DNA of 32,000 bases from NCBI RefSeq assembly GCF_001997385.1, contig NZ_CP019633.1, positions 2,130,001 to 2,162,000 on the forward strand, read 5' to 3'. Under the pieces are notes generated by a model that was not told where the DNA came from, did not search any database, and worked only from the letters and a program-made list of their open reading frames with translations. Position 1 is the stretch's first letter; each line of letters starts with the position of its first letter. The DNA comes from Sedimentisphaera cyanobacteriorum (lineage in GTDB: Bacteria > Planctomycetota > Phycisphaerae > Sedimentisphaerales > Sedimentisphaeraceae). A program made the position numbers and the translations under genes. Below, one piece after another: positions 1 through 9,223 of the stretch.

Positions 1-482
1 TGATATGGGCTCTCTCTGGCCTTCTGCTGATACTTATCATCCTTATACAAAAAGGTAAAGGCGGAGGGCTAGGTTCTGCATTCGGCGGTGCCGGTTCTAC
101 GAGCCTTCTGGGAACTAAGACCGGAGACTTCCTTACGTGGGTAACGATAGGGCTTGTTTCGGTGTTCCTTATTTTCAGTGTGGTAATGGCGAAATATTAC
201 CGCCCCAGTGATCTGGAACAGCTCAAACAGAAAGAGCCGGATATTGAGGCTGTTGATGAGTCTATGCTTATAGACGAAGAGGCAGAAAAATCCGGCCAGA
301 GCGAAACAGGTCAGCAGGAAGCTGAGCAAACCGGTGAGGATATTGAGAGTCAGCTTGAAAGCTCTGCTGATGAAATTCAGCAGTCTGCCGAGCAAAGCGC
401 CGGTGAAGCAGAAGAGCAGCTCAAATCGATTGGCAGTGAGGCCGCAGAAAAGGCAGCCGAGCAGCAGGACAATACAGAGTAA
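1..482 (+). CDS. secG: Preprotein translocase subunit SecG, 5' end cut by the window edge, with a long acidic C-terminal tail
   Basis: Reading frame 3 from position 3 gives IWALSGLLLILIILIQKGKGGGLGSAFGGAGSTSLLGTKTGDFLTWVTIGLVSVFLIFSVV. This is the typical SecG TM1, G-rich loop and TM2. The same frame continues into the listed ORF 162..482, which is E/Q/S-rich. Confidence 0.8.
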   Translation, partial: IWALSGLLLILIILIQKGKGGGLGSAFGGAGSTSLLGTKTGDFLTWVTIGLVSVFLIFSVVMAKYYRPSDLEQLKQKEPDIEAVDESMLIDEEAEKSGQSETGQQEAEQTGEDIESQLESSADEIQQSAEQSAGEAEEQLKSIGSEAAEKAAEQQDNTE

Positions 483-584
483 AGCTGCTTATATATAAAA
501 AAATAATTACAGGGCAGCAGTGAGAAAACTCTCTGCTGCTCGTGTAGTTTGAAATAAGCATTCATCTATTTTAAAGGTTTTGCA

Positions 585-1466
585 ATGCTTTACAGTATGA
601 CAGGTTACGGCGAGGCTTACCTTGAGAGCTGCGGGATGGCTTTTTCTGTACAGGTTCGTGCGGTGAACAACAAGTTTCTCAAAACCAGCCTGAAAATCCC
701 TGAAATGCTTTGCTTTCTGGAAGAACGGATTGACAAACTGCTCAGGGAACAATTCACGAGAGGCTATATAACCCTCACGCTCTCAGTTAAATCCCTTGAA
801 GAGAAGCCGCTGATAGACTTCAATCAGTCTGCACTGAACTACTATATAAAACAGCTGAGCAGCTTTTCAGATAAGAGCAGCATGCTTAGGATAAACGCCG
901 CCAACCTTCTGCATCTTCCCGGCGTGATAGAGGCTTATGATATAGATGATGAGCAGAAAGCAAAGATTACGGATGCGGCTGTTGAGTTAGTAACAAACGC
1001 CTGCGACAAGCTCACCGCAATGCGAGGAGAAGAGGGAGAGGAGCTGAGGAAGGATCTTCTCAAAAACTGCGATGAGATTGAATCTTTCCTGGACGACATT
1101 GCCGGGAAGGTTTCGATTGTAGTTAAGGAATATTCAGAGAGGCTCCGAAAAAGAATTAATGAGCTCTTGAAAGATGGGAAGATAAGCGTTGAAGAGAACA
1201 CCCTGATCAGGGAAACAGCTGTTTTTGCAGACCGCTCAGATATCTCGGAAGAGGTTTCAAGGCTGAAATCGCACATAAAGCAGTTTCGTGATATCAGCGA
1301 GGATGGCAGGGGAGTCGGCAAGAGGCTGGATTTTCTTGCTCAGGAGATGTTTAGGGAAGCAAATACGATAGGCAGCAAGGCCTCGGATGCCGGGATATGC
1401 CAGCTTGTTGTAGATGTGAAAAGCCGGATAGACAGGATTAAAGAACAGGTTCAGAATGTCGAATAA
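585..1466 (+). CDS. yicC: YicC-family stress-induced protein (UPF0701)
   Basis: 293 aa. N-terminus is MLYSMTGYGEA and the C-terminus is LDFLAQEMFREANTIGSKA...IKEQVQNVE, both characteristic of the YicC family. It overlaps the gmk start by 11 nt. Confidence 0.8.
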   Translation: MLYSMTGYGEAYLESCGMAFSVQVRAVNNKFLKTSLKIPEMLCFLEERIDKLLREQFTRGYITLTLSVKSLEEKPLIDFNQSALNYYIKQLSSFSDKSSMLRINAANLLHLPGVIEAYDIDDEQKAKITDAAVELVTNACDKLTAMRGEEGEELRKDLLKNCDEIESFLDDIAGKVSIVVKEYSERLRKRINELLKDGKISVEENTLIRETAVFADRSDISEEVSRLKSHIKQFRDISEDGRGVGKRLDFLAQEMFREANTIGSKASDAGICQLVVDVKSRIDRIKEQVQNVE

Positions 1467-2010
1467 TGGCAGACTTTTTGTAGTAAGCGGTCCGAGCGGT
1501 GTAGGCAAGGGCACTATTGTAAAAAGGCTCGATAAGTCTAACGCTGTATTAAGCGTTTCTGCCACTACAAGACAGCCCGGAAAGGGCGAGAAGAACGGGA
1601 TTGACTACTGGTTCATCACCCGCAGCGAGTTTGAAGAACGCATCGAAAAGGGACTTTTCCTTGAATATGCCGAGGTGTTCGGCAATCTTTACGGTACGCC
1701 CACAGACAAAACGCAGGAAGCTGTGGAAAGCGGGAAGGACGTGATTCTCGAGATAGACGTTCAGGGCGGGCTGCAGGTGAAAAATAAGTGGCAGGAGGCT
1801 GCGATGATATTTATAATGCCTCCTTCACGAGAAGAGCTGGAAAAGAGAATACGCAGCAGAGCAAGAGACAGCGAAGAGATTATAAGCAAAAGGCTTGAAG
1901 AGGCGGACAAAGAGATTGAAATCGGCAAAAGTCATTACGAGCATTTTGTAGTGAATGACGTGCTTGATAAAGCCGTAAGTAAAGTACAGACAATAATAAA
2001 CTCATATTAA
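1456..2010 (+). CDS. gmk: Guanylate kinase
   Basis: 184 aa with P-loop GPSGVGKGT and the motifs SATTRQPGKGEKNGIDYWF and EYAEVFGNLYGT. Sits in the conserved yicC-gmk-rpoZ arrangement. Confidence 0.93.
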   Translation: MSNNGRLFVVSGPSGVGKGTIVKRLDKSNAVLSVSATTRQPGKGEKNGIDYWFITRSEFEERIEKGLFLEYAEVFGNLYGTPTDKTQEAVESGKDVILEIDVQGGLQVKNKWQEAAMIFIMPPSREELEKRIRSRARDSEEIISKRLEEADKEIEIGKSHYEHFVVNDVLDKAVSKVQTIINSY

Positions 2011-2026
2011 AATAAAGGTCTTTATT

Positions 2027-2230
2027 ATGATTGAAGCACTAAAACGAGACGAGATATATCAAAAGGTTGGCGGGAGCTTTAAGCTTTCGGCTCTGCTACA
2101 AAAGAGGATGCGCGAGATTATGGACGGGGCACGCCCGCTTATCGAGGATACAGCAGACAAAACAGTGATAGAGATCGTTGTTGAAGAAATTCTCGAAGAT
2201 AAGATAACATACGAAATAGAAGAAGATTAG
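2027..2230 (+). CDS. rpoZ: DNA-directed RNA polymerase subunit omega
   Basis: 67 aa. The core VGGSFKLSALLQKRMREIMDGARPLIE fits the omega pattern, and the gene lies immediately after gmk. Confidence 0.7.
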   Translation: MIEALKRDEIYQKVGGSFKLSALLQKRMREIMDGARPLIEDTADKTVIEIVVEEILEDKITYEIEED

Positions 2231-2241
2231 AAGAAGGCATT

Positions 2242-2790
2242 ATGCAGGGTAAGAACGTACTTCTCGGAATAACAGGCGGGATAGCAGCCTACAAAGCAGC
2301 GGACGTAGCTTCTCGGCTTCGTAAAAAAGGCGCATCGCTGAAAACCATTATGACCGAGAACGCCTGCAAACTTATCCAGCCCAAGCTCATTGAGGCGGTA
2401 AGCGCAGGGCCAGTTTACACATCTATGTGGGATTCGAAAGATAATATTATCACTCATTTGGATCCTGTAAACAGCAGCGATTTGATTCTCGTAGCCCCTG
2501 CTACAGCAAACATTATTGCTAAGATGACACACGGCATTTGCGATGATCTTCTCAGCTCGGCATTATGCGCAGGCTGGGACAGAAATCTTTTCATCGCTCC
2601 TGCTATGAATAATAATATGTGGAACAATCCTGCAACCCAGAGGAATATCCAGCTCCTGAAGGATTCTGGCGTAAAAACCATCGGCCCGCAGTCCGGCCAT
2701 CTCGCCTGCGGGACAAGCAATATAGGCAGAATGACAGAGCCTGAAGAGATTGTGGAAGAGCTTTGCAGTCATATGGGGCAGGGCGAGTAG
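2242..2790 (+). CDS. coaC: Phosphopantothenoylcysteine decarboxylase (flavoprotein; CoaC domain only, no fused CoaB)
   Basis: 182 aa. Contains the flavoprotein fold motif KNVLLGITGGIAAYKAADVASRLRKKGA plus APATANIIAKMTHGICDDLL and PAMNNNMW. The ORF stops after the decarboxylase half. Confidence 0.85.
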   Translation: MQGKNVLLGITGGIAAYKAADVASRLRKKGASLKTIMTENACKLIQPKLIEAVSAGPVYTSMWDSKDNIITHLDPVNSSDLILVAPATANIIAKMTHGICDDLLSSALCAGWDRNLFIAPAMNNNMWNNPATQRNIQLLKDSGVKTIGPQSGHLACGTSNIGRMTEPEEIVEELCSHMGQGE

Positions 2791-2943
2791 CTCAGTGAAC
2801 TGCGTTTTATTTTTCATCCGGCTTTGATACAAACCATATCCGACTTTTCGCAAAAGCCGGTGATTTCGGCTGTTTAAAAATCGCTTAATTTCAGAAAACT
2901 GCGAACTGAACCGGAAAATCTGAATAGATAATACAATAACTGC

Positions 2944-2969
2944 TGCGGAAACTCCGCAAGCATTTTTTT
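2944..2969 (+). terminator. Rho-independent terminator candidate downstream of coaC
   Basis: Stem TGCGGA (2944-2949) pairs with TCCGCA (2953-2958) around a 3-nt loop. A T7 run follows at 2963-2969. Confidence 0.5.
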
Positions 2970-3052
2970 AAAGTTCAAAAAGCTGATTGTCATTAACAGC
3001 TCTATCTGTAAAATACTCTGTAAAATGTTAACATTAATTTCGGGTTTTTATC

Positions 3053-5302
3053 GTGAGAAACAGATTAAGCATAATTGCTGCGGTTCTGCTGATTTTATTT
3101 ACAGCTGCATACGCTGGAGAAGACTTAAACAAAGCCTGCATTGCAATTTCAAAAGGAAATTTCAAAAAGGCGGAGAAAATAGTTCAAAACAGCTCGGAAG
3201 AGGGCATTGACAAGGCCGAAAATCTTCTGGGCAGCTATGAGAAGTTTTCTGAAAGCCGTGAGAAATTCCGCAAAGACAAATACAGCGAGAAGCAGCAAGA
3301 GCTCCAAGAACTCATTGACGACTGCCTTAACGGGAAGGAATCAAATATCCTCAAGCTTGATGAATTTGCTGAGCAGTACGTTGAGGAAAAAGAAAAAGAA
3401 GAGGATGCAGAAGACGAGCAGGACTCTGATAGCCCTGAAAACATAACTCCTCCGACCGCTCCAAACAGCCAGGATGAGGAAGAAAAAGACAGCGAAACAG
3501 AAGCTCTAATCGATTTCTTTGTTGCGATGAGCAATGTCAAGGAATACGCATCAGACAAGCAGCATGAGGAGCTGCTTAAAAGCGAGCTGATGGAAAACCT
3601 CAAGGAAACTGCAATCTCCAAGGCGATTGAACTGGAAGACAAAGGCAAATGGGCAGAGTCTTATACCGGCTGCTACTACTGGCTGAATACTCTCTATGAA
3701 GATAATCAGGAGTATGAGGACAAGGCTGATAACCTTCTTGAGAAGATGACTGTGAAAAGCAGTTTTATTGATTCTCCCTGCGAAACAGCCGAAAACAGGG
3801 CAGAGGGCATCGAGCTGATTATGCTCAAGCGGACAATCAAAGTGCTTACGTACACATACATTACCCCGCTGGATTTCGAAAAAATGCTGCATGCCGGGCT
3901 GGACAGATGCATCACGGTTGCGGAGGTTCTTTCATTCCCGGATGAAGACATCGCAGTAAGCTACGACAGAAGTGGGATTAACGATTACTTTGCAGGTGTG
4001 CGGAATATAAAGGAAAAGTACACCTCTTCAATACTCGAAAACTACTACCATACCCAGGTGTTTCAGGCGTTTAATGAAGTGCTGGCTTTGAACAAAAAGA
4101 CGCTTAAACTTCCTTCTGAAGTTTTAATAATGCACTTTACCGAATCACTGCTCAGCGAGCTGGATCCGTACACAAATATCGTATGGCCGTTTTTCGTAAA
4201 GGAATTTCAGAAATCGATCACTCAGGAATTTTCGGGTATCGGAGTTGAGATAAGCAAGGAAGGAGGAAGGCTAATAGTAAACAGCCTTCTTCCAAACACG
4301 CCTGCATTCGGCTCCGGCCTTGATGCTGAGGATGTTATTCTTGAAGTGGACGGGGTGTCCACTGAAGGAATGAGCATCAACTGCGCTGTTTCAAAGATCA
4401 GCGGGCCTGAAGGTACGACCGTAAGCCTTAAAGTGCGTCATAAGGGTTCGGACAAAACCGAAATCATAAAGATTGAGAGGGGCAGAATTGTCGTTCCAAC
4501 CGTTAAAGGCTGGAAGAGGCAGAAAGAGGAAGACTGGTCATACCTGATAGACGAGGAAAACAAGATAGGCCTGATCCGCCTTACGAGCTTCTCCGAAGCA
4601 ACAACAGAGCAGATGAAAAAGGCCATTGAAGATATGCGCAAAGATGCCCTCAACGGCTTGATTTTAGACCTCAGATACAATTCGGGCGGCCTGCTTTCAA
4701 CAGCCGTTGATATCGTTGATATGTTCATCAAAAAAGGGCCGGTCGTAAGTACCAAGCCGCGAATGGGGATGCCCGAAGAGCATTTTGCCCAGCACGAAAC
4801 ATTCCTGCCGGACTGCCCGCTTGTGGTTCTGATAAACGAAGGCTCGGCCTCCGCATCGGAAATTGTATCAGGAGCACTGAGCGACCCAAGATATGAGCGT
4901 GCCACTCTCGTTGGTTCGAGGACATTCGGCAAGGGTAGCGTTCAGACTGTTACAGCAGCTCCGGGCAAGGGGGCTCAGCTGAAATATACGATGGCATTCT
5001 ATTATCTGCCTTCAGGGCAGCCTGTAAAAAACCGCTATCAGCTTGAAGAGGCGGGCAGGAAAGACTGGGGCATCGCACCGGATGTGAAGCTTGAGATGTA
5101 CGGAAGCGAATTTGAAGACTACTTCGATGTTCAGCAGGGCAACGACATACTTGTACAGGACGGTCATGTATTCAGCGAAGAGGAAGACCGAAAGAAAAAA
5201 CACAGTGCAGAAGAAACAGTGAACTCTGATCCTCAGCTTGAGATGGGACTTATCGTTTTGAAAGCCAAGATGCTTGCTGAGGGTATGGATGTAAAATTTT
5301 AA
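3053..5302 (+). CDS. S41-family C-terminal processing peptidase with a PDZ domain and a long N-terminal extension (GTG start)
   Basis: 749 aa with N-terminal signal-like MRNRLSIIAAVLLILFTAAYA. PDZ segment is GIGVEISKEGGRLIVNSLLPNTPAFGSGLDAEDVILEVDG. S41 motifs are LILDLRYNSGGLL, NEGSASASEIVSGAL and GSRTFGKGSVQ. Confidence 0.88.
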   Translation: MRNRLSIIAAVLLILFTAAYAGEDLNKACIAISKGNFKKAEKIVQNSSEEGIDKAENLLGSYEKFSESREKFRKDKYSEKQQELQELIDDCLNGKESNILKLDEFAEQYVEEKEKEEDAEDEQDSDSPENITPPTAPNSQDEEEKDSETEALIDFFVAMSNVKEYASDKQHEELLKSELMENLKETAISKAIELEDKGKWAESYTGCYYWLNTLYEDNQEYEDKADNLLEKMTVKSSFIDSPCETAENRAEGIELIMLKRTIKVLTYTYITPLDFEKMLHAGLDRCITVAEVLSFPDEDIAVSYDRSGINDYFAGVRNIKEKYTSSILENYYHTQVFQAFNEVLALNKKTLKLPSEVLIMHFTESLLSELDPYTNIVWPFFVKEFQKSITQEFSGIGVEISKEGGRLIVNSLLPNTPAFGSGLDAEDVILEVDGVSTEGMSINCAVSKISGPEGTTVSLKVRHKGSDKTEIIKIERGRIVVPTVKGWKRQKEEDWSYLIDEENKIGLIRLTSFSEATTEQMKKAIEDMRKDALNGLILDLRYNSGGLLSTAVDIVDMFIKKGPVVSTKPRMGMPEEHFAQHETFLPDCPLVVLINEGSASASEIVSGALSDPRYERATLVGSRTFGKGSVQTVTAAPGKGAQLKYTMAFYYLPSGQPVKNRYQLEEAGRKDWGIAPDVKLEMYGSEFEDYFDVQQGNDILVQDGHVFSEEEDRKKKHSAEETVNSDPQLEMGLIVLKAKMLAEGMDVKF

Positions 5303-5324
5303 GTCAGCTTTAGGGAGGCCTTCA

Positions 5325-6623
5325 ATGAGCGGCAAAATTGTTCTGGTAGGACTTGACGGGGTACCTGTAAAGGTTATAGAGAAATTCGTTGAGATGGGGG
5401 TTATGCCTAATATGGCAGAGCTCATCGATAAAGGCGTGTTCCGGCAGACATCCTCTGCTATACCTGAAGTATCGAGTACGGCTTGGTCTTCTATAATTAC
5501 CGGCAGGAACCCGGGCGAACACGGGATATACGGGTTTACCGAGCTCAAGCCGAATTCTTACCAGCTCACCTTTCCGAACTACAAAAACCTTAAAGCAAGC
5601 CCTTTCTGGGATGAATGGCCGGGAGAGTCTGTTATAATCAATGTACCCGCTACCTACCCTGTAAGAAAGATGAACGGGGCTCATATCTCAGGCTTTGTAT
5701 CGATAGATATCGACAAGAGCGTTTATCCTCCAACAATACTCAACGACATAAAAAGCTACGACTACCGCCTTGATGTGGATTCAAGGAAAGCCCATGAATC
5801 GATGAACGCTTTTCTCGATGATGTTGAGGCAACGCTGGATGCGAGGATCTCTGTGTATAGGTATCTCTGGAACGAATACAACAACTGGCAAAACTTTATG
5901 CTCGTTTTTACCGGCACAGACCGGCTTATGCACTTTATGTTTGATGCTTTTGAAGACGAGAAGAGCAAATACAACAGCGCCTTCACACTGCATTTCAGCA
6001 GGATCGATAAAATCTTAGGAGAGATTGCCTCAATGATGGACGAAGACGATTTGCTCGTGCTTATGTCCGACCACGGCTTCGAGAGGCTTGATTACGATGT
6101 ATATGTAAATAATTTCCTTGCGAAAAACGGTTATCTGGAATTCGCCGGCAAGCCCGGCTGGGAAAATATCGCCTACCACAGCAAGGCCTTCGCCCTCGAC
6201 CCGGCAAGGATATACATAAACCTCAAAGACAAGTACCCGCAGGGAAGCGTTTCAAGGTCAGACAGGCCTAAGGTGGTAAAAGAACTTATGGAGCTCTTTG
6301 CACACTGGAAAATAAACGGCAAGAAGGTTGTGAAGGATATCTATCGCGGCGAGAATATATACAGCGGCCCCGAGGCCAAGCACGGACCGGACATTGTGCT
6401 AGTGGGCAATGGCGGATTCAACCTCAAAGCCTCTTTCGCAACAAACAAGATATCATCAAAGGGTATATTTACAGGAAAACATACTCAGGACACTTCCTTT
6501 GCCCTGTTCGCCGGGCTTAAAGACGATTCGATACTGCCCGATAACCTTTCAATAGATCAGATTATTCCGCTTATCGAAAAGGACAGGGGCATTAAACGCA
6601 TAAGCAGCCCCGGGCGAAGATGA
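5325..6623 (+). CDS. Alkaline-phosphatase-superfamily protein (type I phosphodiesterase/nucleotide pyrophosphatase-like)
   Basis: 432 aa with the motifs VLVGLDGVP, EVSSTAWSSIITGRNPGEHGIYGF, FTGTDRLMH and LMSDHGF (metal-binding DHG). GGGAGG Shine-Dalgarno lies upstream of the ATG. The stop overlaps the next start as ATGA. Confidence 0.75.
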   Translation: MSGKIVLVGLDGVPVKVIEKFVEMGVMPNMAELIDKGVFRQTSSAIPEVSSTAWSSIITGRNPGEHGIYGFTELKPNSYQLTFPNYKNLKASPFWDEWPGESVIINVPATYPVRKMNGAHISGFVSIDIDKSVYPPTILNDIKSYDYRLDVDSRKAHESMNAFLDDVEATLDARISVYRYLWNEYNNWQNFMLVFTGTDRLMHFMFDAFEDEKSKYNSAFTLHFSRIDKILGEIASMMDEDDLLVLMSDHGFERLDYDVYVNNFLAKNGYLEFAGKPGWENIAYHSKAFALDPARIYINLKDKYPQGSVSRSDRPKVVKELMELFAHWKINGKKVVKDIYRGENIYSGPEAKHGPDIVLVGNGGFNLKASFATNKISSKGIFTGKHTQDTSFALFAGLKDDSILPDNLSIDQIIPLIEKDRGIKRISSPGRR

Positions 6624-7758
6624 AACCGGATTTTGACAAAGTTATTGATAAATCCGGCACCTACGCGCTCAAAGAATATAAATACAGAAGAAGCGAGTGT
6701 CTGCCGATGTGGGTGGCGGATATGGATTTTGCATGCCCCGAGCAGGTGCTTGAATCGGTAAAGCAGAGGGCTGAACACCCAATTCTCGGATATACCCTTG
6801 CCAAAGAGCTGGACGAGATTATCACAGAAAGGATGGATGAATTTTACGGCTGGAAGATTCAGCCTGAATGGATTGTCTATACAGCAGGCGTTGTATCGGG
6901 GATAAACTGCTCCTGCCGAGCAGCGGAAAAAGCAGGCAGAGCCGTGGTGAATACACCGATTTACCCGCCATTCTTGAGCGTTCCGCCGTTTCAGGGGCTG
7001 AGCTTAGAAAAAAACCGGCTCGTTTTCAGCGGCAGCAAATGGGAGATAGACTTCGAAGACCTCCAGCAGAAGCTCTCAGCAGGCAGTGAAGCTCTTTTGG
7101 TTTTCTGCAATCCGCATAACCCCACAGGAAGATGTTTTAACCGAAAAGAGCTTGAAAGGGCAGCCGAGATTTGCCTCGAAACGGGCTCGATTATCTGCAG
7201 CGACGAGATACACTGCGAGCTTCTTCTTGGTGAAAGCAGGCATACACCCATTGCCTCGCTGGGAAAAGATATCGAACAGAATTCGATTACGATGATGTCT
7301 CCTTCTAAAACGTTCAACCTAGCGGGGATGATGACAGGATTTGCGATTATACCAAACAAAGCGATAAGGCGGAGATTCGCTTATGCCAAGGAAAACCTCT
7401 CATCTCATCCAAACGTATTTGGCATAAAGACAGCCAAAGCTGCATATCAGCATGGTGAAAACTGGCGTAAGGCCCTGCTTGAATATCTCACAGAAAACCG
7501 CAATCTAATCACCGAACGGCTTGAGCAGTACGGGATTGCCCCTGCGAGCCCGAGGCCACATATCTCTACTGGCTTGACTGCACAAATACTGGCTTGGAAA
7601 ACCCGCAAAGACACTTCGAGAGATTCGGCGTTGGCCTTTCAGACGGCGTACACTTTGACGCCCCGGGCTGGGTTAGGCTTAATTTCGCCTCGCCCCGAAG
7701 TATTTTAGGGCTCGCTCTTGAGCGCATAGAAAAGGCCCTGAATAGTCAGAGCCTTTAA
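6620..7758 (+). CDS. PatB/MalY-type PLP-dependent cystathionine beta-lyase/aminotransferase, apparently frameshifted near 7539-7542. The ORF as listed ends at 7708, but the homologous C-terminus continues in another frame to 7758.
   Basis: N-terminus FDKVIDKSGTYALKEYKY...LPMWVADMDFACP and the motifs NPHNPTGRCF and SPSKTFNLAG fit class I/II aminotransferases of the PatB type. From about 7540 the listed frame gives non-family sequence (ASPRPHISTGLTAQ...). The frame in phase with position 7558 reads EATYLYWLDCTNTGLENPQRHFERFGVGLSDGVHFDAPGWVRLNFASPRSILGLALERIEKAL and stops at 7756-7758. Confidence 0.8.
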
Positions 7759-7788
7759 GGTAAAAAAAAATAGAAAAGTTGTTTTGCT

Positions 7789-9201
7789 TTAGTACATATG
7801 GTTTAAGTCTCTCGAGGCTTCCAGAGCCTCCATCGTATCTATTGGAGCGCCCGGGTCATTCTCCTCTGCCATCCACTTATCAAGCCTGTCGCTGAGCCTT
7901 TGCTTAATTGTAGCGTATTTGGGGTCTTCTGCAAGGTTTTTCAGTTCGTACGGGTCTTCAGCGGTGTTGTAGAGCTGTTCTGCGGGCCGGCGGGTGTATC
8001 TCTCCACAAGCTCGTACATATCTTCATTATTGAAACAGTTAGACACCCACGAATGCCAGTAATCCATATTGCCCATCAGGTGCTTTTCAATGTATATTCT
8101 GTCGGGGCTTAGATTCCGAATGTATCTGTACTGCCCGTCAAAGACTGTCCTGATAGGATAAGGAGGCCCTTCCGGTACGTTGTTGTGAATCCCGTACACA
8201 TAATCGCGGTGTTTATCGGTATTGCCTTTTATCACCTCAAGAAAGCTGCTGCCGTCAAACTTAAACTGATTCGGATTTGCGCCGCCCAGATCGAGTATGG
8301 TAGGCAGGAAATCACAGTACTGCACCATAGCATCTGTCCGCTTGCCTGCCGGAGTAACTCCCGGCCAGCGGGCAATGAGTCCTGTATGCACTCCGGTATC
8401 CCAGTTTGTCCATTTGTTCCCCGGGAACTGCGAGCCCTGCTCGGAAGTAAAGAGCACAAGGGTATTCTCTGCCTTGCCGGTGTCTTCAAGGGCTTGAAGA
8501 ACATCTCCCACCTGCGAATCCATATATGTTATTTCCGCGAGATACTTGCCGAAATTCGTACGTGTTTTCGGTGTGTCTGCAAGGTTTGGCGGGAGCTTTA
8601 TCTCGTTATTCGGATACTGGCTCGCATCGCCCATAACCCACGGAACGTGAGGCTCAACAAGGGCTACCGTAAGATAGAACGGGGCAGAATCATCTTCCAT
8701 AAAACGCTTGATATACTTGGTATCGTGAGGGTTGGTGGGGTTTCTAACGCAGTTTTGGTCGAAGCCGTCGAGGAATTCAAACGGGAAGGCAGTTTCCGGC
8801 CTGATATGCCTTTTGCCTGCAAGACCCGCACGATAGCCGAGTTTGTCGAGATAGTGCGGAGCTGTTTTTATATCCGGCCTGCAAAAAGAATGATTCCAGC
8901 TCGCCCCATTGCTTATCGGATAAAGCCCGCTTTGAAGCTCAGACCGGCACGGAACGCACATCGCCTCTGAGAGATAGGCTTTGTTAAACACAAGCCCCTG
9001 GCTTGCAAGATTGTTGATATTAGGCGTTAGAGCATTTTGCCCGCCGTAAATGGGCAGATCGTTGTAGGTGCAGTCGTCGGCCATAATCAAAAGCACATTC
9101 GGGCGAGAATTATCCTGCGAAGCCGCTTTGCTGAGCGTCCCTCCCGCCGCAGCGGCGACAGCAGAGCTCAGGGCGTACTTTAGAAAATTTCTTCGTTTCA
9201 T
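7789..9201 (-). CDS. Cys-type sulfatase (arylsulfatase family) with a Tat-type signal peptide
   Basis: 470 aa. N-terminus is MKRRNFLKYALSSAVAAAAGG, followed by NVLLIMADDCTYND. The formylglycine motif is C-V-P-C-R within AMCVPCRSELQSG. Confidence 0.9.
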   Translation of the reverse strand: MKRRNFLKYALSSAVAAAAGGTLSKAASQDNSRPNVLLIMADDCTYNDLPIYGGQNALTPNINNLASQGLVFNKAYLSEAMCVPCRSELQSGLYPISNGASWNHSFCRPDIKTAPHYLDKLGYRAGLAGKRHIRPETAFPFEFLDGFDQNCVRNPTNPHDTKYIKRFMEDDSAPFYLTVALVEPHVPWVMGDASQYPNNEIKLPPNLADTPKTRTNFGKYLAEITYMDSQVGDVLQALEDTGKAENTLVLFTSEQGSQFPGNKWTNWDTGVHTGLIARWPGVTPAGKRTDAMVQYCDFLPTILDLGGANPNQFKFDGSSFLEVIKGNTDKHRDYVYGIHNNVPEGPPYPIRTVFDGQYRYIRNLSPDRIYIEKHLMGNMDYWHSWVSNCFNNEDMYELVERYTRRPAEQLYNTAEDPYELKNLAEDPKYATIKQRLSDRLDKWMAEENDPGAPIDTMEALEASRDLNHMY

Positions 9202-9223
9202 TTTTTTTTCGAACCTCTCTAAG

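Noticed and set aside
8185-8970. Long plus-strand ORFs antisense to the sulfatase genes (8185..8970, 9068..9592, 9929..10282, 10642..11235, 12746..13144 and similar)
   Set aside because: They mirror genes whose minus-strand products have unmistakable sulfatase motifs. Their translations are low-complexity, R/C/H-rich, and have no recognisable domains. These are typical shadow ORFs.
9199-9210. Homopolymer A/T runs (T9 at 9201-9209 abutting the first sulfatase start; A9 at 7768-7776) as phase-variation tracts
   Set aside because: The runs are short for slipped-strand switching and lie outside coding sequence. There is no evidence of length variation from a single sequence.
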